Source of the DNA: Candidatus Latescibacterota bacterium
GTDB lineage: Bacteria; Latescibacterota; UBA2968; UBA8231
Length of the DNA: 64,000 bases
NCBI GenBank assembly: GCA_965217585.1
Contig: OZ244561.1
Span: 3,616,001-3,680,000, forward strand
Direction of reading: 5' to 3'
Shown here: piece after piece, positions 19,042 to 28,295 of the stretch
How positions within the stretch are numbered: the stretch's first letter is position 1
Layout of the letters: each line of letters opens with the position of its first letter
Program-made: the position numbers and the translations under genes
The notes under the pieces: model-generated
Told to the model about the DNA's origin: nothing
Database searches by the model: none
The model's input: the letters and a program-made list of their open reading frames with translations, nothing else

Positions 19042-21707
19042 AGCTTCAACCCCGCGTTGATAGTCATAAAAAGCATGCTGGAGCGCTGGTCTTCGCTGTG
19101 GTCAAAATCGCGCCACAGCCACTGCGCTCCTACTCGGGTCACCAATTGGTAGCCGGCATAGCCCACCCTGTTCGTTAGCTGGATCACCAGCGTCCGGCCC
19201 ATAAAGTCCTCCGCCACCTCCGGGTGCCTACCCTCCAGCATCCAGAACCGACTCCACTCCAACCCGCACTGTAGCTGGGTGTCGAATATCTGGCGGCCGT
19301 GCCGAGCATAATAGCTGATCGAGACCTGCTCGGCTAGGATCGGCTGCACCCATAGCAGGAACAAGGTCTGTTCCAAGCTCTCCGCCACGGGCGCACGGCT
19401 GTGGAAGGGCCGGACGCGGCGGTACTCGCTCTTCCAGCGCGGTTCCACCCGGCCCAGCCCCAAAGGCACCGTCCACTCGGCCTTGTTGATCACGCCGAGA
19501 AAACCCGAGCTGGCGCGTCCTTCGCGACTGCGGAGCACCGCTCCATTCCCGCGCTGCCACCAACCCTCCCACTTGAAGCGGTGCATGTGGCGCAGACCCC
19601 AGCCAAAAGCCTGTTCCCAGTCGGCGTACAACGCGTTGCGCCAAGCGTTGTCCCCCGGCAGTCGGTCCACAAGAGTCTGCATCCGCCCCACCGCGCCCAC
19701 CGGCTGTACCCATTGCTCCAAGTCGTCCGGGATGTCGTCCCTGACGAGCGCCGCGAAATCGAAAAACCGCAGTTGCCCGCCTCTAAGACTCCAGCGCGCC
19801 GCTGCCAGCGCGTACACCGCATGGGTCTGACCATCCCCGGAAATCAGCCGCACTCGCTGGTGGCCCAGCGCCAAACTCGCATCCGGCCCTAGATGCCCGC
19901 GTGCGTACATATTGAAACCGCGATGGTCGCGCTTGTAGGGGTAGTCGGGCAAGAGGTCGTTCTCGAATCGGTCGATCGCGCCGTTGTGGTTGAGGTCGAG
20001 GCCGAAGAGGTACTCTGGTCGGTCCGAACGAAACCGCAGGAAAGGTTCCTCGTAATCGGGTATGCGATTGCGGTTCTGGTTGTGGTCGTAGATGAAATCG
20101 CCGTTCTCGTCGTAGCCGGGAAAGGCCTCCCGCGAAAAATGCTGGAAGGGCCGTTCCCACTCCGGGGTGCCGTCGTGGTCGTCGTCGTCATCGACGAATT
20201 CGTAGAGGTCGGGAACCGGCGCTTGATAGCGAATATCGCCGTTGCCCTGCACGAGCCAGTAGTTGGTCGAATAGCCGTCGGCCAGCGAGAACAACTCCCC
20301 GGCCATATTCCAGGGATAGCGCTCGTAGGCCACCTCGGCGTACGCGGCGTGGGCGCTGTTGACGAAGTGGTGCAGGTGCTTGGTGTCTCGGCTGGGGTAC
20401 ATGCCGTGCTGCCGGTTGACCACGGCCTCGCCCCGGAATGAGACGCCGTGCCACTCGACCAAGTCCCAGTTGATCCCAAGCAGTTCGTTGGCGGTGGGCA
20501 ACCCGTAGTCTAGGCGCAGCACTTGGCTGTTGCTGTTGTCTTGGACATTGCCCGGCGATCGCACGACAGGGAAAAACACGATCTGCGGGTCGCGCCGCTC
20601 GCCGTCGGTCTGCAAGTTCGAGGCCATCTCGACCCGGTAGTCGTCGGCGACCACCAGTTCGACTGCCGCCCGGCGCAAGGTAGCCGAGCGCAACCCTTCG
20701 TAGTCGAGGGCGGCGAAATCGTATTCGAGCAGGACCGTCTCCGAACCGTCGGCTACCAGCGCCCCAGCCCGCGTCCGCCCTCCCTCAATGCGCGGCAAAA
20801 AGCCGATTTCTCGCCCGCGCACCTTGTGTCCACTGGTATCGACCAGCACGATGTCGTACCTGAACAGCGACGTGCCACTCACCCCGTCGGCTGGCGAATC
20901 ATCCCTGAGCCGCACCCACAGTTTGTCCAGCGGCTTGTTCTGGCCGGTGGTCAGCGTTCCGTACAGGGGATTGCCATATGTAATCCGCACCTGGCTTTGC
21001 GCGTTGTGGGCGTTGATATACGTAACGCCAAGGAGCACCGCGTCGCCGGCTTTGAACTCGGCGTGGCCTCCCAACAGGTGCGTGATATTGGTGCGGTCAG
21101 CCCTGTTCGGCTGGCTCGGCCGCGACAGCAGCAGGCTCCCCACGTGGCGCTCGTTGGCCCAGTCGAGGCGCAGCCCGTTGAAGTTGGTCTTGTTGAAGGT
21201 CAAAGGCGTGAAGACGGTGAAGATCCCGTCGCCGATCATCAACCGCGCGCTGGTTCCCCTGCTCTCGTCCGAGGCGATCACCAGATTCTGGAAGAATCCC
21301 CCGTAAGGCCATCCTTTGCGGATCAAACTGCCATCGCGTTTGGCTTGCTCCTGTTCCCAGGTATAGACCATCCAGCCGCGTCCTATGCGGTGGCCGAAGG
21401 TGTCGTACCACGCCTCGCCCTCTAGGCCAGCGTTCACGAGGGTCCGGTAGCGTTCTCGCGCGTAGGAGGTACGGTCGCCGCCGTACCAGGGCTGCATGTA
21501 GCTTTCGGCCAGATGTCGGGGCGCGTACCAGCGGTGCATTCGCGGCGTGACGTATTCTATCTCGAAGTGCGGCACTTCCCATGCGGTCACTGGCGGGCCC
21601 TGCAGCCCCCACCGGCTCGCGTCCTCATTTTGCGCCTCGACCGCTAGCGCGCGCAACGTGCAGCAGGCCAAGACGCCTGCCAACCAAGCTCTTCTCCGTT
21701 CGGTCAA
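19038..21707 (-). CDS. large secreted protein, putative outer-membrane beta-barrel (paralog 2)
   Basis: Shares YARE.Y, GW..Y.W.QE, NLVIASD, FPG.DEN.DFI.D, PDYEEPFLR, PRWKSE with 14441-17089; TTG start overlaps the upstream stop. Confidence 0.65.
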   Translation of the reverse strand: MTERRRAWLAGVLACCTLRALAVEAQNEDASRWGLQGPPVTAWEVPHFEIEYVTPRMHRWYAPRHLAESYMQPWYGGDRTSYARERYRTLVNAGLEGEAWYDTFGHRIGRGWMVYTWEQEQAKRDGSLIRKGWPYGGFFQNLVIASDESRGTSARLMIGDGIFTVFTPLTFNKTNFNGLRLDWANERHVGSLLLSRPSQPNRADRTNITHLLGGHAEFKAGDAVLLGVTYINAHNAQSQVRITYGNPLYGTLTTGQNKPLDKLWVRLRDDSPADGVSGTSLFRYDIVLVDTSGHKVRGREIGFLPRIEGGRTRAGALVADGSETVLLEYDFAALDYEGLRSATLRRAAVELVVADDYRVEMASNLQTDGERRDPQIVFFPVVRSPGNVQDNSNSQVLRLDYGLPTANELLGINWDLVEWHGVSFRGEAVVNRQHGMYPSRDTKHLHHFVNSAHAAYAEVAYERYPWNMAGELFSLADGYSTNYWLVQGNGDIRYQAPVPDLYEFVDDDDDHDGTPEWERPFQHFSREAFPGYDENGDFIYDHNQNRNRIPDYEEPFLRFRSDRPEYLFGLDLNHNGAIDRFENDLLPDYPYKRDHRGFNMYARGHLGPDASLALGHQRVRLISGDGQTHAVYALAAARWSLRGGQLRFFDFAALVRDDIPDDLEQWVQPVGAVGRMQTLVDRLPGDNAWRNALYADWEQAFGWGLRHMHRFKWEGWWQRGNGAVLRSREGRASSGFLGVINKAEWTVPLGLGRVEPRWKSEYRRVRPFHSRAPVAESLEQTLFLLWVQPILAEQVSISYYARHGRQIFDTQLQCGLEWSRFWMLEGRHPEVAEDFMGRTLVIQLTNRVGYAGYQLVTRVGAQWLWRDFDHSEDQRSSMLFMTINAGLKL

Positions 21708-24238
21708 TAGACCACCCCCACCAAGCTCGCGGCCTCGGTTTTTCCCGCACCCACATCGGCGGTGAAACCGACGCGCACCAAATAGGTCCCCGGCGGCACC
21801 AGTACCCCTGCGTCGTCGCGACCATCCCAAGCCACCAAGTGGTCGCCGCTGGGGTTTTCCCGGCGCAGCGAAAGCTCGCGCACCTTGCGGCCGGACAGGT
21901 CGTAGATCCCGACCTCAATCCGCCTTCCCCGGATGAGGCGGTAGATGGTAAAGCGGATCTCGGCTTGGTCGTTTATGCCGTCGCCGTTGGGGGTGAAGAC
22001 TTGGGGCAGCGAATGCACCCGGTCCAACAGCGGGAAGTTTTCCACGTCGGCCACTACCACCAGCGACTGGCTCGCAGCCAGCGACCCAGCGTCGCCCTCG
22101 CTTATCGCCTGGACGATCCCGGGTCGGGTCGCGCGTTTCAATTCGGCACCAAAAGCGGTACCGCTCAAAAACACCCGCGTGCGGAAACGCGCCTCGTACA
22201 ACGACTGCCCACCGGTGACCGGCGCGGGAAAAGCCAATTCCACGGACCCGTCCTCCAGCCGCTCTAGACCCAGTGGTCCCGGCCATAGCTCCCGCCCGGT
22301 GCCGGCGCGCAACTGTGCCTCGTTGCCCTCGCGGAAGGAGATTAGCTCAATCGGGACCGAGGACGACGAGTGCAGCCGGATTCGGTCGAAGCCGGAGTTT
22401 CCGGGACCAAAAACCGAGCGGATATACATGGAGAAGAGCTGATCTGCCCCTGGCTCCACCCCATCGATAGGCCACACCTCGGCGAAGGTCTGGTCCACCA
22501 ACGGCGGTGCCAACTTAAGCCGCAAGCTCCTCATCTGCGCCGTACGCAGCGGTTCTTGGGTCAAAAGCCGTAGCTGCGCTTGGACGAAGCGCCGGGGGCT
22601 GGGCGACTTGAATGGCTCCCCCGACGTTAGATAAGCTGCGCTCCAGTTGCTCCATCCTGGCCCCGGTATTTCCCGAACTAGCACCTCGCCGCGGTTTTTC
22701 TCGTAGCGGATGGCCTCCCACTCCTCCTCGCTGATTTCTTGTCCCACCGCGTCGAAGTAACGCCGCTCCTCAATCACTTCGTCACCGCTGCGGGTGCGGA
22801 TCTCTAGCTGGGTGCTCGGGGGCTGGTCTCCGTCCCATTCCACTGCGGAGAAGATCCGCGAGCGGCCTAGGTGGATAACGGGCGATTCGAGCGCGACCTT
22901 GGACACGTAGCCTTCGCCATAAGCTTGGAACTCGCTCAAGTTGCCCGTCTCGGTACGCTCCCCCACTAACACTAGCTCCAAACGTCTCAGTTCCAAATAG
23001 CGCACCTCTCGCAGGGGGAACTGCTCCTCTAGCTGTAGAAAGGACTCCCGATTCTGCCGCTCCTCCAAAGCCTCCCACAACAGCGAGCCATCGGGGTCTA
23101 AACTGCCATCCGAGATCCGGAGCTGATAGGCGCTTAAAGGCCCCTCGGCGCTGACTAGGCGCACCCGGTCCAGCCAGAACTGAGCCCCTAGGTCAACTAT
23201 GAGCTGGTTGCGGTCGCGCACCGAGTCGTAAATCCGCAACGGGTAGAAGGAGCGGAAGAGGCCATCGGTCGCCAGCGCGAGCAGGAGATTGTCGAAGATG
23301 GTCACGTTGCGATTGCGGATCCGCTGGGTCAGATTGACGACATTGTCCCCTAGGGTATAGACCTCAAGCTCGGCCAAGCGCGGCCGCTCGCGGCGAAAAT
23401 AGCGCACTAGGCCCTGCTCCTCCTCGGGCAAATCCCGATGCGTCTGCTCGTCGATTAGGATTTGGCGGCCGATGACCGTCTGGCGGAAGTACTCGACCGT
23501 CCCTTGGTCTGCGGGCAATAGCGCCTCGTAGGTGGCCCTATCTACTTCCTCGCCTCGCGTACTGTCCGCAGCCAACGCCTGAAAGCGCACGATCTGCGCC
23601 ACTTCTCCCTCGACTCCAGCGGGCAAGGGGCGCTGGGGACGGACCTCGAAGCTGAACTCCCGCTCTGTCTTGTTGGGGTACGTCACCTGCCCGACGCGGA
23701 AGAACTTTAGCTGCCGCCGCCGATCCGATACTGGATATTCTCGCCCGTCCGAGAGCAGCACCCTGAACTTGAGGAAGGGATCGCCTGACTGGGCGAAGCG
23801 CACAACCACCCTTTTGGCGATCACCGTTCGCCCTAGTTCCACATCGACAAACCAGTCTTTCAGTGGGTCGGCCGGATCGGGCTCCCAGTAGGTGTCTTGG
23901 TCCCCGTCTATTATGAACGGTGCCTGCTCTGCGCTGCTGCCCGCCATGCGGATCCCCCCCACCAACGTGTCTCCGCTGACCTCCGCGGTCTCGAACTCCA
24001 CCGCGTTGAGCGCGGCGTTGATGTCGCGGCGCAGGAAGCGGGGCAATACCGCACCTTCCGCCGCAACTACGTGCGTCCCTACAGGTGCCTCCCATTCGGC
24101 CCAGTGCGCCGCTTGGTCGATGACAACCTCGTCTCGCGTCAGCCGGTAGCCGGTCTGAGCGACGAGGACGAGTGGATGCGTCAATAATAGACAAAGTAGC
24201 GCCGGCCAGGCCCGACCAATGGATGCCCTTGGGTTCAT
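21704..24238 (-). CDS. secreted protein with two discoidin-like domains and FTPNGDG/FlgD-type CTD
   Basis: IDGD.DTYW, VELG, VDLG, VFTPNGDGIND, WDGRD..G..VPPGTY; start placed just after the REP palindrome. Confidence 0.75.
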   Translation of the reverse strand: MNPRASIGRAWPALLCLLLTHPLVLVAQTGYRLTRDEVVIDQAAHWAEWEAPVGTHVVAAEGAVLPRFLRRDINAALNAVEFETAEVSGDTLVGGIRMAGSSAEQAPFIIDGDQDTYWEPDPADPLKDWFVDVELGRTVIAKRVVVRFAQSGDPFLKFRVLLSDGREYPVSDRRRQLKFFRVGQVTYPNKTEREFSFEVRPQRPLPAGVEGEVAQIVRFQALAADSTRGEEVDRATYEALLPADQGTVEYFRQTVIGRQILIDEQTHRDLPEEEQGLVRYFRRERPRLAELEVYTLGDNVVNLTQRIRNRNVTIFDNLLLALATDGLFRSFYPLRIYDSVRDRNQLIVDLGAQFWLDRVRLVSAEGPLSAYQLRISDGSLDPDGSLLWEALEERQNRESFLQLEEQFPLREVRYLELRRLELVLVGERTETGNLSEFQAYGEGYVSKVALESPVIHLGRSRIFSAVEWDGDQPPSTQLEIRTRSGDEVIEERRYFDAVGQEISEEEWEAIRYEKNRGEVLVREIPGPGWSNWSAAYLTSGEPFKSPSPRRFVQAQLRLLTQEPLRTAQMRSLRLKLAPPLVDQTFAEVWPIDGVEPGADQLFSMYIRSVFGPGNSGFDRIRLHSSSSVPIELISFREGNEAQLRAGTGRELWPGPLGLERLEDGSVELAFPAPVTGGQSLYEARFRTRVFLSGTAFGAELKRATRPGIVQAISEGDAGSLAASQSLVVVADVENFPLLDRVHSLPQVFTPNGDGINDQAEIRFTIYRLIRGRRIEVGIYDLSGRKVRELSLRRENPSGDHLVAWDGRDDAGVLVPPGTYLVRVGFTADVGAGKTEAASLVGVVY

Positions 24239-24245
24239 GCCGTCG

Positions 24246-24273
24246 GTGGGGGCGACCGGCCGGTCGCCCCTAC
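24246..24273. repeat. REP-like palindrome (GTAG family)
   Basis: GTGGGGGCGACCGGCCGGTCGCCCCTAC, one mismatch from the copy at 47095. Confidence 0.8.
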
Positions 24274-24296
24274 ATGCGTAACGTCCGTTGTTCATA

Positions 24297-26099
24297 TCAG
24301 TACGCCACTCCCACCGAGCCCCAGCGGCGCTCCAACTCCTCGTCGGCTTCTACCCGCAACTCGTACAGATACAGCCCCGGCGGCACTAATAAACTCCGGT
24401 CGTCCGTCCCGTCCCACTCCAGCGCATACGACCCGTTGCCGTCCGTCCCCTCATAGGCCCGCCGCACTCGGCGACCGGCCAAGTCGTACATCTCTAGAGT
24501 CACCGTGGCCTCAGTAGTGAGCTTCAACAGTGCATAACTCAGCGCGAAGGCATCGTTGGCCCCATCGCCGTTGGGCGTGAACAGCCGAGGTCCCTCCAAC
24601 TGCGCCACCAGCGGCACGTTGCCGTCCGCGAAGCGCACGACCAGATTGGTCCCTTCCAGCGAGGGGTCCACATCGCGCTCGTCGGCCACTTGATAGGCCT
24701 CTTCGAGTTGACCGTCTTCGCCCCTGCGGTCTAATGCCCGCACCTCAAAGCGCGTGTAGTCGCGGAACACAGCGCCGCGAAAGACGATCTGCACGAAGGT
24801 CCCCGTCTGCTCGATGTGCCGCCACAAGTTGACGTCGAAGCCTTCGCCCGGCTTGTTGGTGGAGGTAAAGGAAATTTCCTTGTCATCGATAAGTATCTGC
24901 TCGATTTCCGTTACCTGCGCGGCCGTGCGCACCTGCAGAAAGCGGAAGCCCGTAGCTTGCAGATTTCGGCCCCTGGCGTCGCGCAGGTGCACTTCCATAG
25001 AGAGGGTAAAGCGCGTCTCGACGCCCGGCTGCACGACGCCGGGGCTGATTTCGGCCAGCAGGCTGCCGACCACCGGCGGCCGCGCAAATTCGAAGACCAG
25101 CCGCCTGAGCACGGCCCCCGGTGAGGTCATGCGCACCTTGAATTGCAAGAAGCGGCGCAGCCCCGGCGAGCGCATCAGACCGCCACTGACCGTCTGCCAG
25201 CTACTCCACAGTGGATTGGGTTTGACCGCCCCCTTTTCCGCATCGGGCAATGCTTGGTAATCCTCTCTGCTCACCCGTTGCAGGCCGTCCTCCGCCTCGG
25301 GGTCTAGGCGGAAGTGGTGCTCGGGGTCGCGGTCGGGGCCGGTGCGCGTCTGCACGGTGGCCGGGGCGTTTTCTATGGAGCCTCCCTCGTAGCGCACTTT
25401 GCCCCAGACGATGTTGGTATAGCGCGCCCGGACCGGCCTAGAGACATAGGTGCCCACGGGCGCGTCACCAGCGCCGTAGATTTCCACTTCTGCCAATTCC
25501 CACTCGCGCTCCGTGCCAGGCTCTATGTGCACGTAGCGCACGTCGCGGCTAGCAAAGGGCTGTTCCACCACCGGCTCGACGTTGGGGGTGGCGGCGAGAA
25601 AGCTGATGGCAGGGGTGTACTCTGCTTGGCGCTCGGCTTGGGTGTAGAGGCGAAAGACCTGTAGGAAGCGGCGTCTGTTCTGGCGGTCAAGGCGCGGGAA
25701 GAGGCGGACGCGATTGACGCGGAAGACGGCGCCGAGGTCGATCTCTACGGGCGTACTGCGGCTGAAAGCGGCAAACCGATCTGGATCGAAGGCCGTAGCG
25801 GAATTGCCGTCGTAGAGCAGAGTGCCTATGGGCACGCGGAGGATTCCATTGGGATTTGCCACCAGCCCCACCGCCATGCCCCCGCGCTCGGCCAAGCGCA
25901 GTGACAGGTTTTCGCCGGGCTCTGCCGGCCACATCCAGATGGAATCGCGCGCTACCCCTAAGAACCGAACCTCCTCGACAATGCTGTCCCAGCGGCCTAG
26001 GCGGCCGTCTTGGCCCACGTCGAGAGTATCGACGGCCAACGCGGAAGTGGCGCTACAGAGGAGGCCGATTAACAGGGTGTGGTGTATGGCTTTATTCAA
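24297..26099 (-). CDS. secreted discoidin-like protein with FTPNGDG/FlgD-type CTD
   Basis: Start re-called at TTG (LNKAIHHTLLIG..); IDLG..F.V.RVRLFPR, ELAEVEIYG, LFTPNGDGAND. Confidence 0.75.
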   Translation of the reverse strand: MNKAIHHTLLIGLLCSATSALAVDTLDVGQDGRLGRWDSIVEEVRFLGVARDSIWMWPAEPGENLSLRLAERGGMAVGLVANPNGILRVPIGTLLYDGNSATAFDPDRFAAFSRSTPVEIDLGAVFRVNRVRLFPRLDRQNRRRFLQVFRLYTQAERQAEYTPAISFLAATPNVEPVVEQPFASRDVRYVHIEPGTEREWELAEVEIYGAGDAPVGTYVSRPVRARYTNIVWGKVRYEGGSIENAPATVQTRTGPDRDPEHHFRLDPEAEDGLQRVSREDYQALPDAEKGAVKPNPLWSSWQTVSGGLMRSPGLRRFLQFKVRMTSPGAVLRRLVFEFARPPVVGSLLAEISPGVVQPGVETRFTLSMEVHLRDARGRNLQATGFRFLQVRTAAQVTEIEQILIDDKEISFTSTNKPGEGFDVNLWRHIEQTGTFVQIVFRGAVFRDYTRFEVRALDRRGEDGQLEEAYQVADERDVDPSLEGTNLVVRFADGNVPLVAQLEGPRLFTPNGDGANDAFALSYALLKLTTEATVTLEMYDLAGRRVRRAYEGTDGNGSYALEWDGTDDRSLLVPPGLYLYELRVEADEELERRWGSVGVAY

Positions 26100-26113
26100 T
26101 TTGCTCGTCTCGT

Positions 26114-28210
26114 CTATTCGAGTTTGACCATTTTGCGGGCGTGCGTCTGGTCGTCCACCTGCAACCGATATACATAGACTCCGGTGGCGACGGGTTGCCC
26201 CTGCGCGTCGCGGCCATCCCAAGTTAGCTCGTGCTCGCCAGCGGGCAGCGGACCCGTCCACACTCGGCGCATCGGCTGTCCTAGGATGTTGTAGATGGTC
26301 AAGTCCACGTTCTTGGCTCCGGCGGGCACGGTCAAGGGGATCGTCGTGGCCGGATTGAACGGGTTGGGATAGTTGACACCGAGGGCAAAGGAAGCTGGAG
26401 TTGCCGCCTCAGCCGCTACGGCGGTGGCCCGGGTGCCTTGGTTGATAAAGACGAGGACGCCGCCGTGGTCGCTTGTCGGACTCGTTCCCAGCACGACTAG
26501 ATCGGGGTCGCCATCGCCGTTGACATCGCCGGTGAGTGCTTGATTGCCTTCGCCGGGCAGGGGATAGTAGCCTTCGAGGACGGGTGCGCCGTTGGGCTGG
26601 CCGAGCCACACCACGAGTGCCGGACCGACGGTCGAGTTACTCGCGACTATGACCACATCGAGGACGCCATCGCCGTTGAGGTCGCTGGTCGTGGCGTCTG
26701 ACGGGAGCACCTTCCAGTCGAGCAAGGAATCGCGTGTCCACTCGCCGGAGGCGTCCAGACGCCACAGGGCCAAGCCATGATAGAACCAATCTATGCGCTC
26801 GGGGGAGCCGAGTAGGTCCATCGTCCCATTGTCATCGAGATCGGCGATCAGGTGCAGGTTCAGGTTGCAGGGATCGACCGGGGCCTCGACAACGAGCGGC
26901 GGGTCCTCAATGGCAGCCCACGGCCGGGTTAGTTGCCAAGAGTCAGATTCTTGGGGCTGATGGCAGGATGGGCGCCACAACAGGCTGGCGGCTTCGCCGA
27001 GGGGTTGCCCGGCGGGTAGGTAGGGCCAGCGCGCCTCCTCGCTGTCGAGGACGAAGGTGTTGCTATCGACAAAGTCGTAGCCGTCGTTGATCCACAGGCT
27101 TACTTGGGATTGGGCCAAGTGATCGGAGTCGTCGAACTCCTGAATCAATAGGTCCATGTCGCCGTCGCCGTCGCCATCGGCCAAGCCAAGGAGCCAGACA
27201 TCGAACAGTTGCAGGGCGGGATCAAAGCCGCCACCCCAGTTGTACCACAGCTCGACGATCTCGCCTTCGGTAACGACCAGATCGAGGAGTCCATCGCCAT
27301 CGAAGTCGCTTCCCCACAGGTCCATGATTGGAACGTTGTCCCAAGATGCGGTTGAGAGGAGGAACTCTTGGGTAGGTTCAAAGCGGCCTAGCCCATCGTT
27401 GGACGCCACCGTCCAGCCCATTTGGCTTTCGCGGTCCACGCGGCGGTTCCAGAGCACCACGAGATCGGCATCGCCATCGCCGTCCACGTCGCCCACCGCG
27501 CCGTGCGAGGCATATAGATAACTTGAGCCGATGCCCTCGCCGAGCGGGAAAAAGTCGGGATCGGCGAACAAGGTGCCGGGCGGCCCCAACTCCACACCGA
27601 GATCCCTAGGCGACAATTCCCCCTGCGCCAACTCTTCGGCCCCGGTGAGCTGAATCCAGTCTAGTTCTAAAAACTTTGGATGATTGTCCACATCCTGCGA
27701 GTCCCGATATAACAGCATGTCTATCTGAAAATTGAAAAGGGTATCCTGCCAGGTGATCGCCCTGTTTGGGTCTGTTGTCAAGGCGCGTAGATCGATGGTA
27801 ATTTCTTCCCATTCGATGGGATAGGATTGAGTATGGCCCAACCCGTTTCTGCCAGAATCAGGGAGGCGGCTCACGGCGTTGGACCAGCGCATCGAGAATT
27901 GTTGTCCCTCAGTGGGGCTGTGGTGTATGATACGCAGCCGTAAGGTGAGGCGGTCGAACAGGGCGGAGTCTTTGCCGATCAACGGCGAGCGCAACTGAAC
28001 GGCGGGTCTGATACCAAGCCCAGACACGGGAGCAATGCGCCAGACGCCATCGACGATTTCGCTCTTCAATGGCTCTTTATTACCTCTTCTGCTATAATCA
28101 CCTTCCCAGGCGGTCCAGCCCCAAGTGGAGCCGTCGGCGAAATCCCACGTCAGGGCAAAGGCTCCGTGTGGAGCCGCCAACAATAGAATTGCAAAGAGCA
28201 TGTAGCGCAT
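26114..28210 (-). CDS. FG-GAP/VCBS repeat surface protein with lectin-like N-domain and FlgD/T9SS-like CTD (copy 6)
   Basis: Signal peptide, LTWDF..ELDWIQL beta-sandwich, GDVDGDGDADL repeats, NYPNPFNP..RKMVKLE. Confidence 0.85.
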   Translation of the reverse strand: MRYMLFAILLLAAPHGAFALTWDFADGSTWGWTAWEGDYSRRGNKEPLKSEIVDGVWRIAPVSGLGIRPAVQLRSPLIGKDSALFDRLTLRLRIIHHSPTEGQQFSMRWSNAVSRLPDSGRNGLGHTQSYPIEWEEITIDLRALTTDPNRAITWQDTLFNFQIDMLLYRDSQDVDNHPKFLELDWIQLTGAEELAQGELSPRDLGVELGPPGTLFADPDFFPLGEGIGSSYLYASHGAVGDVDGDGDADLVVLWNRRVDRESQMGWTVASNDGLGRFEPTQEFLLSTASWDNVPIMDLWGSDFDGDGLLDLVVTEGEIVELWYNWGGGFDPALQLFDVWLLGLADGDGDGDMDLLIQEFDDSDHLAQSQVSLWINDGYDFVDSNTFVLDSEEARWPYLPAGQPLGEAASLLWRPSCHQPQESDSWQLTRPWAAIEDPPLVVEAPVDPCNLNLHLIADLDDNGTMDLLGSPERIDWFYHGLALWRLDASGEWTRDSLLDWKVLPSDATTSDLNGDGVLDVVIVASNSTVGPALVVWLGQPNGAPVLEGYYPLPGEGNQALTGDVNGDGDPDLVVLGTSPTSDHGGVLVFINQGTRATAVAAEAATPASFALGVNYPNPFNPATTIPLTVPAGAKNVDLTIYNILGQPMRRVWTGPLPAGEHELTWDGRDAQGQPVATGVYVYRLQVDDQTHARKMVKLE

Positions 28211-28232
28211 TGTTTGCCTCCAGAGTTTGTGG

Positions 28233-28258
28233 GTTTGACCATTTTGCGGGTGCGCGTC
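28233..28258 (-). pseudogene. 3' remnant of an FG-GAP paralog (TRTRKMVK)
   Basis: GTTTGACCATTTTGCGGGTGCGCGTC identical to the paralog 3' ends; lies just downstream of the TlpA stop. Confidence 0.75.
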
Positions 28259-28295
28259 GTGCTTAATTAAACCGTGTTGATCTTAAAATGGCTTC

